From positions 1-51,289 of the forward strand of contig CAYFNI010000001.1 in assembly GCA_964344495.1 (NCBI GenBank): 51,289 nucleotides of DNA, in the 5' to 3' direction. The translations under genes and the position numbers were made by a program. Positions within the stretch are counted from its first letter, which is position 1. Every line of letters starts with the position of its first letter. The notes below the pieces were generated by a model. The model searched no databases, was not told the origin of the DNA, and worked only from the letters and a program-made list of their open reading frames with translations. Of the stretch, positions 1-8,494 are shown piece by piece. This stretch comes from an uncultured Methylococcus sp. (lineage in GTDB: Bacteria; Pseudomonadota; Gammaproteobacteria; Methylococcales; Methylococcaceae).

Positions 1-1715
1 TCGGCCAATGGCTTCGCTCGTGCAGAACTTGAGCTTGCGACAGTACATTCAGATTCATAGATATTTAAGGTTAAAGCGGATTCCGTATTTGACTGCAGCT
101 GCGCTGTATTGGGTACAGCAACCTCGCCATTATACGTCGAGATGCTTGATGAGCTGCCGGAACCTGAGGAGGCAACATTGTTGTCCCACCATTCAAAGTT
201 ATTGGCAAAATTTGCCAATGAAAAGACAGACGGGTTGGTGTTGACAGTAGTGCTGTTAATCTCGAGACCTACATTACCGTAGTTGCCACCCAGCCAAGTT
301 GTACTCGATGCATCAAGGTACGCCGGGCCATATTCCTGACTGATAGTCATCGTGTAACAGTATCCCGGTGCTGCCGATTGACTGGATGAAGTCGAGTTCG
401 TGCTCAGACTGGAGCCAGATCCAGAGGCAGGGGTCGTACTTAATGTCTCTGTCGCAGGGTCATAGGTCACTGATATCTGGATGGATGATGAAGACGCCGT
501 ATTGGTTTGCGTGGATTGCGCAAAGGCAACATTGCTTACGCTGCTGTACGATTGCTGAAAAGCGGTATTGTATTGTGTCGTTAGCGTATTGACGTCAGAA
601 GCTGTAACACCCGCATACTCTCCCGCTACAGAGAGCGTATTAACATCATTAATACTGAGGCTTTGCTGCTGGTTGTATGAACTGCTAGTGCTACTGTAAC
701 TCCCACTTTGAGTTGTCTGATTGGTTTGCTGGCTTACCGTGGCGCCCAATGTAAATGTTGTTTGAGCGGACACACTATTAGTGTTGAATGTAATCGATGC
801 TGGGTAAGTTGAACCATTATCCGCCTGTCCCTGAGTCGCTGGCATGGCCAAGGCAGTGTTGGATCCAGCGCTGGAACTTAGCTGCAGCCCCGTTACGTAG
901 CTAGACGGAGCACCATTGGGTGGGGGAGGAAAAGTAATGTTGTTGCTTGAGGCTGAGGAAGAGGGGATGGATATAGAAAATCCTCCACTTGGTTGAGCCC
1001 CTCCATTGGCATTACCATTGAATTCGTACACATAATCGCCATATATATTGTCATCGATGGATGCATTATGGGTACTGTCTTTATCGGATGAAATGCAATT
1101 TCCAGTGCGGCCCGCTGAGTAGTTCTTTGTTCCTGTTACATTCCATAGGTTGAATATGACTGGATTGAAAGCGGTACCCAGTGCGGACGTACCCGGGCTC
1201 GCTATGCTGTCGTTAAAGATGCTGTAGAGTACGTCACCCGGGAGATAGTTGATTCCATTCTCAGTAAATGAAGTCGTTGGAGAGTTTATTTGCGCGTACG
1301 TGATGCTGAGCGGGTCGGTTACAGTCTGGGATATATATGAATTTTGTGGAGAATATCCACCAGCAAACGAGGGGGAGCCTGATTGCGGGTATTGATTGCC
1401 GAAGCTCAGGGTGAGCGACTGGCTTTGCCCCAAGTTCTCACCGCCATTACATTTGCATTCAAATGCACTAGCACTGTAGTAGATGGTTGGGCACGAGTTA
1501 TAGTAAGACCAATAAGCCGTATAATTACCGAAAGATCCGCTTTCCCCATTTGCACTCAGAACCGTTGATCCTAATAGCGCCGAAAAACCATAGTCCATAA
1601 CTACGTCGACATTGATCGGTGCTTGTGCTGCTTCAGGGCTTGTAGTTGCCGCATCGACACGCAGCGTCACAGCAGAAAGCATCCAGAAGAATAATGCCTT
1701 ATCTTTATGTTTCAT
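1..1715 (-). CDS. Secreted Ser/Thr/Asn/Gly/Tyr-rich protein of unknown function (surface-protein or adhesin-like). The C-terminus lies beyond the left window edge. Absent from the supplied ORF track.
   Basis: I translated the minus strand by hand (codons occupy plus coordinates 3k..3k+2). The ATG is at 1715-1713 with GGAG 8 nt upstream, and there is no stop codon down to position 1 (at least 571 codons). The N-terminus MKHKDKALFFWMLSAVTLRVDAATTSPEAAQAP has the n/h/c layout of a Sec signal peptide (VDA|A). The body is compositionally biased but not obviously repetitive, e.g. GNYTAYWSYYNSCPTIYYSASAFECKCNGGENLGQ, SSASSNNITFPPPPNGAPSSYVTGLQLSSSAGSNT and NFANNFEWWDNNVASSGSGSSSS. GC is clearly lower than in the rest of the window. 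Confidence 0.8.
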   Translation of the reverse strand, partial: MKHKDKALFFWMLSAVTLRVDAATTSPEAAQAPINVDVVMDYGFSALLGSTVLSANGESGSFGNYTAYWSYYNSCPTIYYSASAFECKCNGGENLGQSQSLTLSFGNQYPQSGSPSFAGGYSPQNSYISQTVTDPLSITYAQINSPTTSFTENGINYLPGDVLYSIFNDSIASPGTSALGTAFNPVIFNLWNVTGTKNYSAGRTGNCISSDKDSTHNASIDDNIYGDYVYEFNGNANGGAQPSGGFSISIPSSSASSNNITFPPPPNGAPSSYVTGLQLSSSAGSNTALAMPATQGQADNGSTYPASITFNTNSVSAQTTFTLGATVSQQTNQTTQSGSYSSTSSSYNQQQSLSINDVNTLSVAGEYAGVTASDVNTLTTQYNTAFQQSYSSVSNVAFAQSTQTNTASSSSIQISVTYDPATETLSTTPASGSGSSLSTNSTSSSQSAAPGYCYTMTISQEYGPAYLDASSTTWLGGNYGNVGLEINSTTVNTNPSVFSLANFANNFEWWDNNVASSGSGSSSSISTYNGEVAVPNTAQLQSNTESALTLNIYESECTVASSSSARAKPLA

Positions 1716-2000
1716 CAAAATTGCTCCAGGTTTTGATTGATTACGCTTCCGCGATGTTCGGTCGCTCTGCATGCGAATGCTGGCTTAGGTATAGGTCAAG
1801 CGCATTTATTCACCGCTCCGCATTCGATAGGTTTGTGGCCACCCCTATTCAGACCGCCATCTCCCTGTTTACGCTAACCCCCTGCTAAAAGCAATGGAAT
1901 TCGATGGGGAATCAGTTAGTATGCATGAACCAATGCGTACATATACTTATATAAAGCAAGTATGTTGAGGGGTATATGCTTATTATTTGGTTTGTGGTCC
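1..2000. other. Low-GC compositional segment, possibly the edge of a horizontally acquired island
   Basis: Hand counts of 60-nt lines give 30/60 and 26/60 G+C at 1-120, against 40/60 at 2401-2460. An AT-rich stretch at 1890-2000 (ACATATACTTATATAAAGCAAGTATG) is followed by an abrupt return to GC-rich sequence near 2010. Confidence 0.5.
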
Positions 2001-2342
2001 CTCTTTCATCGACAGGGCCAGGTGGTGTTGGAGTCAAGCCTCTTGGCGCTGTCCTGCAGCCGTCACGCGCGTCCACTACTCTTGCCATTGACGCCGGGGA
2101 CAAAGCCCTCTCTGCCCAACCGACGCTTGTGAACGTTGGCAGAAATACCGCTGTCTGGACGCACTGGGTGATCCATGCCAAGCCAGCCAACGGCCCTGCC
2201 AGACAGTGCCCCCGGCGTCCTACCCCTGTTTGGCCTGACCGGTTCGCCGAACAACTGCCACCGTCGGCCTCCGCAGAATTTCGATTCGCGAAAACCCCAG
2301 CCTATGGATGATAATTACAGCAACAGGAAGGAGGAGTCGGGG

Positions 2343-3560
2343 ATGCATTCAGAATACGATGTCTTGGTGGTCGGTGGCGGCATGGTGGGCGCGACCCTCG
2401 GGTGTGCCCTGGGAGGCAGCGATTTGCGGGTGGCGGTGCTTGAGGATGCTCCACCGCATGCGTTTTCACCCGAGCAGCCACATGATTTGCGCGTGTCTGC
2501 AGTCAGCGTGGCTTCGGCCAATATCCTCAAGACCGTCGGCGCGTGGGATGGTGTCGCCGCTCGCCGTTTGTGCCCCTATCGGCGCATGCGCGTATGGGAG
2601 GATGGCGGCGATGTCGAATTCCGTAGCGAAGACATCCACGAACCGGTTCTCGGTCATATCGTCGAAAACCGCATCATTCAACTGGCGGCCCTCGAGCGGC
2701 TGACGGATTTTTCCAACGTGACTCTGCTGAGCCCGGTCAAAACCCGCGCCATCCATTATGGGACGTCGGGCTCTGCCGTTGAGCTGGAGGATGGACGCCA
2801 GCTCAAGGCCCCTTTGCTGGTCGCGGCGGATGGCGGTTTCTCGCGGGTTCGACAAGCGGCGGGCATGGGGGTTAGTGGCTGGGATTATGAGCAGCATGCC
2901 CTGGTGTTGACGGTCGAAACCGCGTGTGGCCAGCAGGACATCACTTGGCAACGCTTTACGCCGGAAGGCCCGCAGGCGCTACTGCCGCTGAGTGGGCCGC
3001 ATGCCTCTCTGGTCTGGTACAACACGCCGGAAGAGGTCAAGCGCCTGAAGTCACTGTCCGATGCCGCCTTGCTGGCGGCGTTGACAGAGACGTTCCCGGA
3101 TTGTTTGGGCGAGATCAGGTCGATTCAGTCCCGCGGCAGTTTTCCCTTGCGGCGCCAGCATGCGCTGCGTTACGTCAAGCAGGGGGTGGCCCTGATCGGC
3201 GATGCCGCGCACATGATTCACCCGCTGGCCGGCCAAGGCGTCAACATCGGCTTGCTTGACGCGGCGGCGCTGGCTGAAGTGCTGATCGGCGCGCATCGGC
3301 AGGGGCAGGGTATCGGTGACGCGGCCACGCTGGCCCGCTACGAGCAGATGCGGCGGCGAAATAATCTGGTCATGATGACCGTCATGGATGGCTTTTATCG
3401 GGCGTTCGGTAACAACCACGCGCCGTTGCGGTTGATCCGCAACCTGGGCCTGGGGCTTGCCGAGCGGGTTCAGCCCGCCAAGAAACTGGCGATGAGCTAC
3501 GCCATGGGTCTGAGCGGACCCCTGCCACGGCTGGCGCAAGGGGTAGCGCTGTTGGGATAG
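2343..3560 (+). CDS. UbiH/UbiF/UbiI(VisC)/Coq6-family FAD-dependent ubiquinone-biosynthesis hydroxylase
   Basis: ORF 2175..3560 is trimmed to ATG 2343, which is preceded by AGGAAGGAGGAG (Shine-Dalgarno, about 7 nt spacing). Motifs: DVLVVGGGMVGATLG (GxGxxG), LVAADGGFSRVR and GDAAHMIHPLAGQGVNIGLLDA. Confidence 0.85.
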   Translation: MHSEYDVLVVGGGMVGATLGCALGGSDLRVAVLEDAPPHAFSPEQPHDLRVSAVSVASANILKTVGAWDGVAARRLCPYRRMRVWEDGGDVEFRSEDIHEPVLGHIVENRIIQLAALERLTDFSNVTLLSPVKTRAIHYGTSGSAVELEDGRQLKAPLLVAADGGFSRVRQAAGMGVSGWDYEQHALVLTVETACGQQDITWQRFTPEGPQALLPLSGPHASLVWYNTPEEVKRLKSLSDAALLAALTETFPDCLGEIRSIQSRGSFPLRRQHALRYVKQGVALIGDAAHMIHPLAGQGVNIGLLDAAALAEVLIGAHRQGQGIGDAATLARYEQMRRRNNLVMMTVMDGFYRAFGNNHAPLRLIRNLGLGLAERVQPAKKLAMSYAMGLSGPLPRLAQGVALLG

Positions 3561-3608
3561 CGACCGATCCGATCGGACGCTGGATTCAACTTAATCGGAG
3601 GTATGTCG

Positions 3609-4007
3609 ATGAAACGCAAAGCAGACAAGACGATAGGCTGGCTTCTGGGTACTGCGCTGCTCTCGGGTTGTGCCACCTATGGCGGCTGGCAGCCGGTGGT
3701 GGATCCCCAGAATGATCGTAACGCCGCGATGATCACGCAGGATACCGAGCAGTGCAAGGCACTGGCGGGACAGGCCGGCAACACGGCTACCGAAGCCGCC
3801 AAAGGCGTTGCGGCGGGCGGTCTTCTGGGGGCGGCGACCGGTGCCGCGATCGGCGCAGCCACCGGTTCACCCGGTACCGGCGCGGCCATCGGTGCTGCAG
3901 CGGGGGGGATCGGAGGGGGTACCTACAGCGGTATCAGCGGTGATGAGGACTACAAGCGCGCTTTCATCAACTGCATGCGCAACCGTGGGCACAACGTCAT
4001 CAATTGA
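3609..4007 (+). CDS. Glycine-zipper outer-membrane lipoprotein
   Basis: ATG 3609 lies 7 nt after GGAGG (3597-3601), whereas ATG 3603 is only 1 nt after it. MKRKADKTIGWLLGTALLSGC is a lipoprotein signal with an LSGC lipobox. There is a Gly/Ala zipper, GLLGAATGAAIGAATGSPGTGAAIGAAAGGIGGG. Confidence 0.8.
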   Translation: MKRKADKTIGWLLGTALLSGCATYGGWQPVVDPQNDRNAAMITQDTEQCKALAGQAGNTATEAAKGVAAGGLLGAATGAAIGAATGSPGTGAAIGAAAGGIGGGTYSGISGDEDYKRAFINCMRNRGHNVIN

Positions 4008-4065
4008 GCGCGAAGCCCGGCCGCGCTCGACGAAGAATGGATCGCGGCCGGGACCGTTGTGAGAC

Positions 4066-5616
4066 ATGACTACCCTGATTGATCTGCTGCGCGCCAGTGC
4101 GGCCGCACATCCTGATCGGCCGGCGATTCTGACGGACGGGTTGACAATCGACCAGCGTCATTTCGATGGGTTGTCCGACCGGATTGCAGCCGGTCTGGTT
4201 GCCTACGGCATCCAACCGGGGGACCGGATTGCGCTCTATGCTCCGAACAGCCCCGAGTTTCCGCTGGTGTATGTCGGGATACTCAAGGCGGGCGCCACGG
4301 TTGTGCCCATCAATCTGCTGATCCACGCCCGTGAAATCGCCTATATCCTGAAGGACGCCGGCGTTCGGGCGGTGGTCGTCCATCGTTCGCTGCTGGACCG
4401 GTTCGAGGCCATCGACACCGAGTGCCCGGATCCGCCGGCACGGTACATCATCGATACCGATGGTGATCCTGAGCAGACGCTGGCTGCGCTGCTGGCTCCG
4501 GCATCGCCGGTGCCGATCGTGTCCTTCGACCCGACCGAGCACCTGGCGGCCATCCTCTATACCTCCGGGACCACCGGATTTCCCAAGGGGGCGATGCTTA
4601 CCCACGCCAACCTGGTTGCCAACGTGCGCAGTGTCCACCAAGCGATGAAATGGCGTGCTGGACTGGATCGAGTGCTGGTGGTGTTGCCGATGTTCCATGC
4701 CTTTGCCGCCACGGTGGGCATGTTGACACCGCTGACCTTCGGCTGTGCGCTGATCCCGCTGGCCCGATTTGAACCGGATCTGGTCGCCCAGGCGATTCAC
4801 TCACATGCAGCCACGATTTTCCTCGGCGTACCCAGTATGTATGGCGTTCTGCTGCGACTGCGTGATGACCGGGTCGGCTGTCTGGCATCGCTGCGGTTCG
4901 GCGTGGTTGGAGGCGCCGCCATGCCGGTCGCGGTCCTCCAGCAGTTCGAGGCCCGGTTCGGCGTTCGTCTGTACGAAGGCGACGGCCCGACCGAGTGTTC
5001 ACCCGTGACCTGTGTCAACCCCATTGATGGTCTGGCCAAACCCGGTACGGTGGGGCTGCCGGTGCCGGACGTGGAGATGCGAATCGTCGATGAGGCCGGG
5101 CTGACGTTACCGGATGGCGAGGTCGGTGAAATTGCCGTGCGGGGCCCGAATGTGATGAAGGGCTATTGGGGTCAACCCGAGGCCACGGCCGAGGTCATGC
5201 GGGACGGCTGGCTGTTGACCGGCGATCTGGGAACCCGCGATGCAGACGGCTATTTCAGCATTGTGGATCGCAAGAAGGACCTGATCATCGTCAATGGCAT
5301 GAATGTGTATCCGCGCATGATCGAGGAGGTGCTATACGCCTACCCTGGCGTACGGGAGGTCGCTGTGATCGGCGAGCCGCACGCCTTGCATGGCGAAATA
5401 CCCGTGGCCTATGTTGCGCTGGCTGACGGCGCCGAGGCGAGCGAGGCCGCTCTGAGGGATTTTTGCCGTGCCCGGCTGGGACGCCATCAGGTCCCGAGAC
5501 GGTTTGAGGTGCTGGATGAACTGCCGAAGAATGCGGCCGGAAAGATTCTCAAACGGCAATTGCGTAAACAGGGTGAAATCGAGCGCGGCATTCAGGGTCT
5601 GGAAACTGCCGACTAA
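4066..5616 (+). CDS. AMP-dependent acyl-CoA synthetase (FadD-like long-chain-fatty-acid--CoA ligase)
   Basis: 516-aa ORF. It has the AMP-binding signature LYTSGTTGFPKGAMLTH, TGDLGTRDADGYFSIVDRKKDLII and a C-terminal NAAGKILKRQLR. Confidence 0.85.
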   Translation: MTTLIDLLRASAAAHPDRPAILTDGLTIDQRHFDGLSDRIAAGLVAYGIQPGDRIALYAPNSPEFPLVYVGILKAGATVVPINLLIHAREIAYILKDAGVRAVVVHRSLLDRFEAIDTECPDPPARYIIDTDGDPEQTLAALLAPASPVPIVSFDPTEHLAAILYTSGTTGFPKGAMLTHANLVANVRSVHQAMKWRAGLDRVLVVLPMFHAFAATVGMLTPLTFGCALIPLARFEPDLVAQAIHSHAATIFLGVPSMYGVLLRLRDDRVGCLASLRFGVVGGAAMPVAVLQQFEARFGVRLYEGDGPTECSPVTCVNPIDGLAKPGTVGLPVPDVEMRIVDEAGLTLPDGEVGEIAVRGPNVMKGYWGQPEATAEVMRDGWLLTGDLGTRDADGYFSIVDRKKDLIIVNGMNVYPRMIEEVLYAYPGVREVAVIGEPHALHGEIPVAYVALADGAEASEAALRDFCRARLGRHQVPRRFEVLDELPKNAAGKILKRQLRKQGEIERGIQGLETAD

Positions 5617-7079
5617 GGTTCTTCGCGCCCGATTTCTTCGGCCTTCCACTGCGCGATGCGTTCGTCGATCACCGAGTTGAGGTAAAAATTGCCGCCCGCC
5701 GCCCGTTTGGCGAGCTGCATTTGCAGCAGGGCCGATTTGGTCTGGCCCAGTTGGTAATAACCTTCGGCGTAATAGCGGTGGGATTCGCCTTCCTTGCCCA
5801 GCTTGCTGTAGGTTTCGGCCAGCAATTCGTAAAGATCGGGCGTCGGCGCATGGTGCTTGAGGTAGTGGTGGAGTATCTCGCGAGCCTTGCCGGGCTGATT
5901 GGAATTGAGCAGCGAGCGGACGTAATTCATCGACATCGCCTGATTGTCGGGGAAGCGCTCCAGCGCCAGTTCGAACAGTTTGGCCGCCTGGGCAAAATGC
6001 TTGGCGTGCATGTCGGTTTCGCCCAGAGCATTCATGAAGTGCGATTGGTGCGGATAGGTGCGCACCAGATGCTGGAAGGTGGCTTTGGCCGTCTCGGTCT
6101 GCCCGAGTCGTGACTGTGCCAGCGCGATGCCGTAGCTGCGCACATCCTGTTGCTGGCCCGTGCCGCGGTTGGCCATGGTGGTGAAATAATCCAGTGCCAT
6201 GCGCGGAGTGGGTGCCGTCAGGACGCGCAGCTTGGTGCGAATGATCTGGTAGGCGAGGGAATCAGGATACTGCCGATAAGCAAAGTGCTCGGAACGGTCA
6301 CGGGTATCGGAAATACGCGCCACAGTCACCGGATGCGTGAGCAGGAATTCCGGGATGCGGTTGCCGGCAAAGCGGGTAGATTGCTGCATGCGTTCGAAAA
6401 ACTCCGGCATGGCGCGCGGGTCAAATTCTGATTTGGAAAGAATCTGCATGCCGACGCGATCGGCCTCGACCTCGTTGTCACGGGTGAAGTTGATCCGGTA
6501 TTGCGCATTGGCGGCCTGAGCCGCCATCATGGCGGCCACCGCGGCGTTTCCCCCGCCGGCGGCGCCGATCAGTGCCGCGCCGAGCATGGCCAGCGCCGAG
6601 GGAATGGCCATCCGGCTGGCGGCCTGAAAGGTCTGGAACAAGTGCCGCTGGGTGACATGGGAAATTTCATGCGCCAGCACCGAGGCCAGTTCGCTTTCCT
6701 GCTCGGTCAGGAGAATCAGGCCCGAGTTGACCCCGATGTAGCCGCCCGGTCCCGCGAAGGCGTTGATGACGGGTTCGTTGACCACGAAGAAGGTGAAGGT
6801 CTGGGCCGGATTGTCGCTGTTGATGGTCAGACGCGAACCCAGTGACTGAATATAGTCCTGTACCTCCGGATCAGCGTTGATCTGCAGGGTAGCGTGGAGA
6901 TTGCGGTAAAAGGCTTCGCCCAGTGCACTTTCCTGCTGGGCGGTCATCAGGGTGCCGGTCGGATCGCCGATGTCGGGCAGTTCGATATCCGGCATCTCGG
7001 CCCGTGGAGCAGGGCCAGGCACGCCTTGCCCGAGCAGGACAAGCACGGTCGCAGCGAGTGAGCGAAATGTTTTATTCAA
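5613..7079 (-). CDS. bepA: BepA/YfgC-like periplasmic M48 metalloprotease with TPR domain
   Basis: 488-aa ORF with an N-terminal signal peptide and HEISHVTQRH (HExxH). The N-terminal LPDIGDPTGTLMTAQQESALGEAF resembles E. coli BepA. The C-terminal half is TPR-like helical repeats. Confidence 0.8.
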   Translation of the reverse strand: MNKTFRSLAATVLVLLGQGVPGPAPRAEMPDIELPDIGDPTGTLMTAQQESALGEAFYRNLHATLQINADPEVQDYIQSLGSRLTINSDNPAQTFTFFVVNEPVINAFAGPGGYIGVNSGLILLTEQESELASVLAHEISHVTQRHLFQTFQAASRMAIPSALAMLGAALIGAAGGGNAAVAAMMAAQAANAQYRINFTRDNEVEADRVGMQILSKSEFDPRAMPEFFERMQQSTRFAGNRIPEFLLTHPVTVARISDTRDRSEHFAYRQYPDSLAYQIIRTKLRVLTAPTPRMALDYFTTMANRGTGQQQDVRSYGIALAQSRLGQTETAKATFQHLVRTYPHQSHFMNALGETDMHAKHFAQAAKLFELALERFPDNQAMSMNYVRSLLNSNQPGKAREILHHYLKHHAPTPDLYELLAETYSKLGKEGESHRYYAEGYYQLGQTKSALLQMQLAKRAAGGNFYLNSVIDERIAQWKAEEIGREEP

Positions 7080-7152
7080 GACGGATCAGCCTCTTCATGC
7101 GCAGATCAATAGCCATGATCTGGGGAGCATACCCCAACTTTCCAATAGGCCT

Positions 7153-7527
7153 ATGAAATACGCGATACAGATTGGCGGGCATGACGTCGATTCAGATGGC
7201 GCGCAGACCGGCCTCGATTTCATCGTTGCGGCACTGGCTGCCGGACATGGCATTGAGCGCGTGTTTTTTTACCGGGACGGTGTACGCTGGGCGTTTGCCG
7301 ACGATTCTGGCACCCCTGATTCTGCCGCAGCCTGGGTGCGTCTTGCCGAACAGCAGGGCATTCCGTTGGTTTTTTGCACGGCGGCGGCAGAGCGGCGGGG
7401 GCTGATGAGCGCTGATGCGGAGCAATCCCGGCATGCGCCGCTACCGGGTTTTCAGCCGGGTGGGCTGGCCAGTTGGTTAGATGCCTGTCTCAAGGCGGAC
7501 CGGGTGCTGGTATTCGGCCAGACATGA
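7153..7527 (+). CDS. tusD: DsrE/TusD sulfurtransferase subunit
   Basis: ORF 6952..7527 is trimmed to ATG 7153 (MKYAIQIGGHD...), giving 124 aa. The conserved active-site Cys context LVFCTAAAERRG is present. Confidence 0.8.
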   Translation: MKYAIQIGGHDVDSDGAQTGLDFIVAALAAGHGIERVFFYRDGVRWAFADDSGTPDSAAAWVRLAEQQGIPLVFCTAAAERRGLMSADAEQSRHAPLPGFQPGGLASWLDACLKADRVLVFGQT

Positions 7528-7874
7528 CGACTCGATTCCTGTATGTCCTGCGCCATGCCGGCCCTGATCGGATCGACGTGCGGGAGATCTTCGACGAAAT
7601 CCTGACCACGGTAGCGCTCGATCTACCGGTTACCGTCGTGTTTCTGGACCAGAGCGTAATCTCGCTGGCAGCCGAGAATTCGGCGCCTGCGGCCCTGCTG
7701 GCCGAGCTTGAGGCGCTGGCCTTCTACGGTGTCGAGCAGATTCTGGTCGAGCAGGAGTCCCTGCACGAACGGTGCCTGCAGTTGCCTGAAGCGGCGTTGG
7801 CATTCTGTCGCTTGATTCCGCGCCAGGCGATTCCGGCCTTGATGGCTGGGCATGAGCGGGTTTTCGTCCGATGA
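7524..7874 (+). CDS. tusC: DsrF/TusC sulfurtransferase subunit
   Basis: ATG 7524 overlaps the tusD stop (ATGA). The product begins MTTRFLYVLRHAGPDR and is 116 aa. Its position is between the DsrE-like and DsrH-like genes. Confidence 0.75.
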   Translation: MTTRFLYVLRHAGPDRIDVREIFDEILTTVALDLPVTVVFLDQSVISLAAENSAPAALLAELEALAFYGVEQILVEQESLHERCLQLPEAALAFCRLIPRQAIPALMAGHERVFVR

Positions 7875-8149
7875 GCATGCTGCATCTCGTGCACACGCTT
7901 GAGGCGGTGGAGGCCTGTTTCATTCGGGTGGATGCGGGCGATGCGGTGGTCTTGATGGATGATGCCGTCCGGACGCTGATCGGCCGGGGCTGGGTGCCCC
8001 CGCGTGGCCCGTCGGTGTTCGTGTTGAAGGCGCATGGGTTTGACCCCGAGCTTTCGCCCGGTAGCGTCGCACCTGAGTGCGCGCTGATCGATCTGGCCGG
8101 TCTGGTGCGTCTGACCGAACAGCATGCATCGATCATCCAATGGCGCTGA
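7871..8149 (+). CDS. tusB: DsrH/TusB sulfurtransferase subunit
   Basis: ATG 7871 overlaps the previous stop (ATGA). The product is 92 aa (MSMLHLVHTLEAVEACFIRVDAGDAVVLMDDAV), with size and order typical of DsrH/TusB. Confidence 0.75.
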   Translation: MSMLHLVHTLEAVEACFIRVDAGDAVVLMDDAVRTLIGRGWVPPRGPSVFVLKAHGFDPELSPGSVAPECALIDLAGLVRLTEQHASIIQWR

Positions 8150-8182
8150 CGGGGCGCTCCAGCGCACACCGGCGAGGTAACG

Positions 8183-8494
8183 ATGACAGTTTGCACCACG
8201 GAAGACGGCTTTCTGCTTGATCCGACGTCCTGGGATCCGAGCGTCGCTGAGCGTCTGGCTGACTCGGTTCCGGTCGCATTGACCGAAACGCACTGGCGCA
8301 TCATCCATTTCATCCGCCGCTACTTCGAGCGGTTTCAGCATCTGCCCAATAACCGCATGTTTGTGAAAGCGGTGGAACGTGAACTAGGTCCCGAGCTCGG
8401 CAACTCTCGAACCCTGAATGCCCTGTTTGCCGGCAGTCCGGTTCGTAACGCGTGCCTGATCGCCGGTCTTCCCAAGCCGCCGGGATGCCTCTGA
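8183..8494 (+). CDS. dsrC: DsrC/TusE-family sulfur-relay protein with the two-cysteine (DsrC-type) C-terminal arm
   Basis: 103 aa. The central HWRIIHFIRRYFERFQHLPNNRMFVKAV is typical of the family. The C-terminus is NACLIAGLPKPPGCL, i.e. Cys-X10-Cys with the second Cys penultimate. Confidence 0.8.
   Translation: MTVCTTEDGFLLDPTSWDPSVAERLADSVPVALTETHWRIIHFIRRYFERFQHLPNNRMFVKAVERELGPELGNSRTLNALFAGSPVRNACLIAGLPKPPGCL

Noticed and set aside
2175-2342. 56-codon N-terminal extension of the ubi-hydroxylase ORF, plus similar extensions on ORFs 6952, 7473, 10910, 28901, 35392, 42651, 43766, 47967 and others
   Set aside because: The family-typical N-termini (e.g. the GxGxxG right at the start), Shine-Dalgarno positions and ATGA/GTGA stop-start overlaps all favour the internal starts. 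The track reports the longest ORFs, including GTG/TTG starts.
1900-2342. Looked for a tRNA, tmRNA, RNase P RNA or 6S RNA at the low-GC/core junction
   Set aside because: I could not find a T-loop (GGTTCGAATCC-like with a flanking stem), the tmRNA 5' GGGGCTGA or the RNase P GAGGAAAGTCC box on either strand. 6S RNA cannot be excluded or supported by eye, so the region is reported only as an unexplained structured gap.
4000-4800. 266-aa minus-strand ORF antisense to the acyl-CoA ligase gene
   Set aside because: The translation is Arg/Gly/His/Gln-rich with no motif, and it lies entirely inside a well-supported CDS on the other strand. This is the usual long antisense ORF artefact of GC-rich DNA.
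5613-5616. Stop codons of the convergent acyl-CoA ligase (TAA 5614-5616) and bepA (TAG, complement of 5613-5615) overlap
   Set aside because: The overlap is real, but it is most simply a consequence of compact gene packing. No additional structure is visible.
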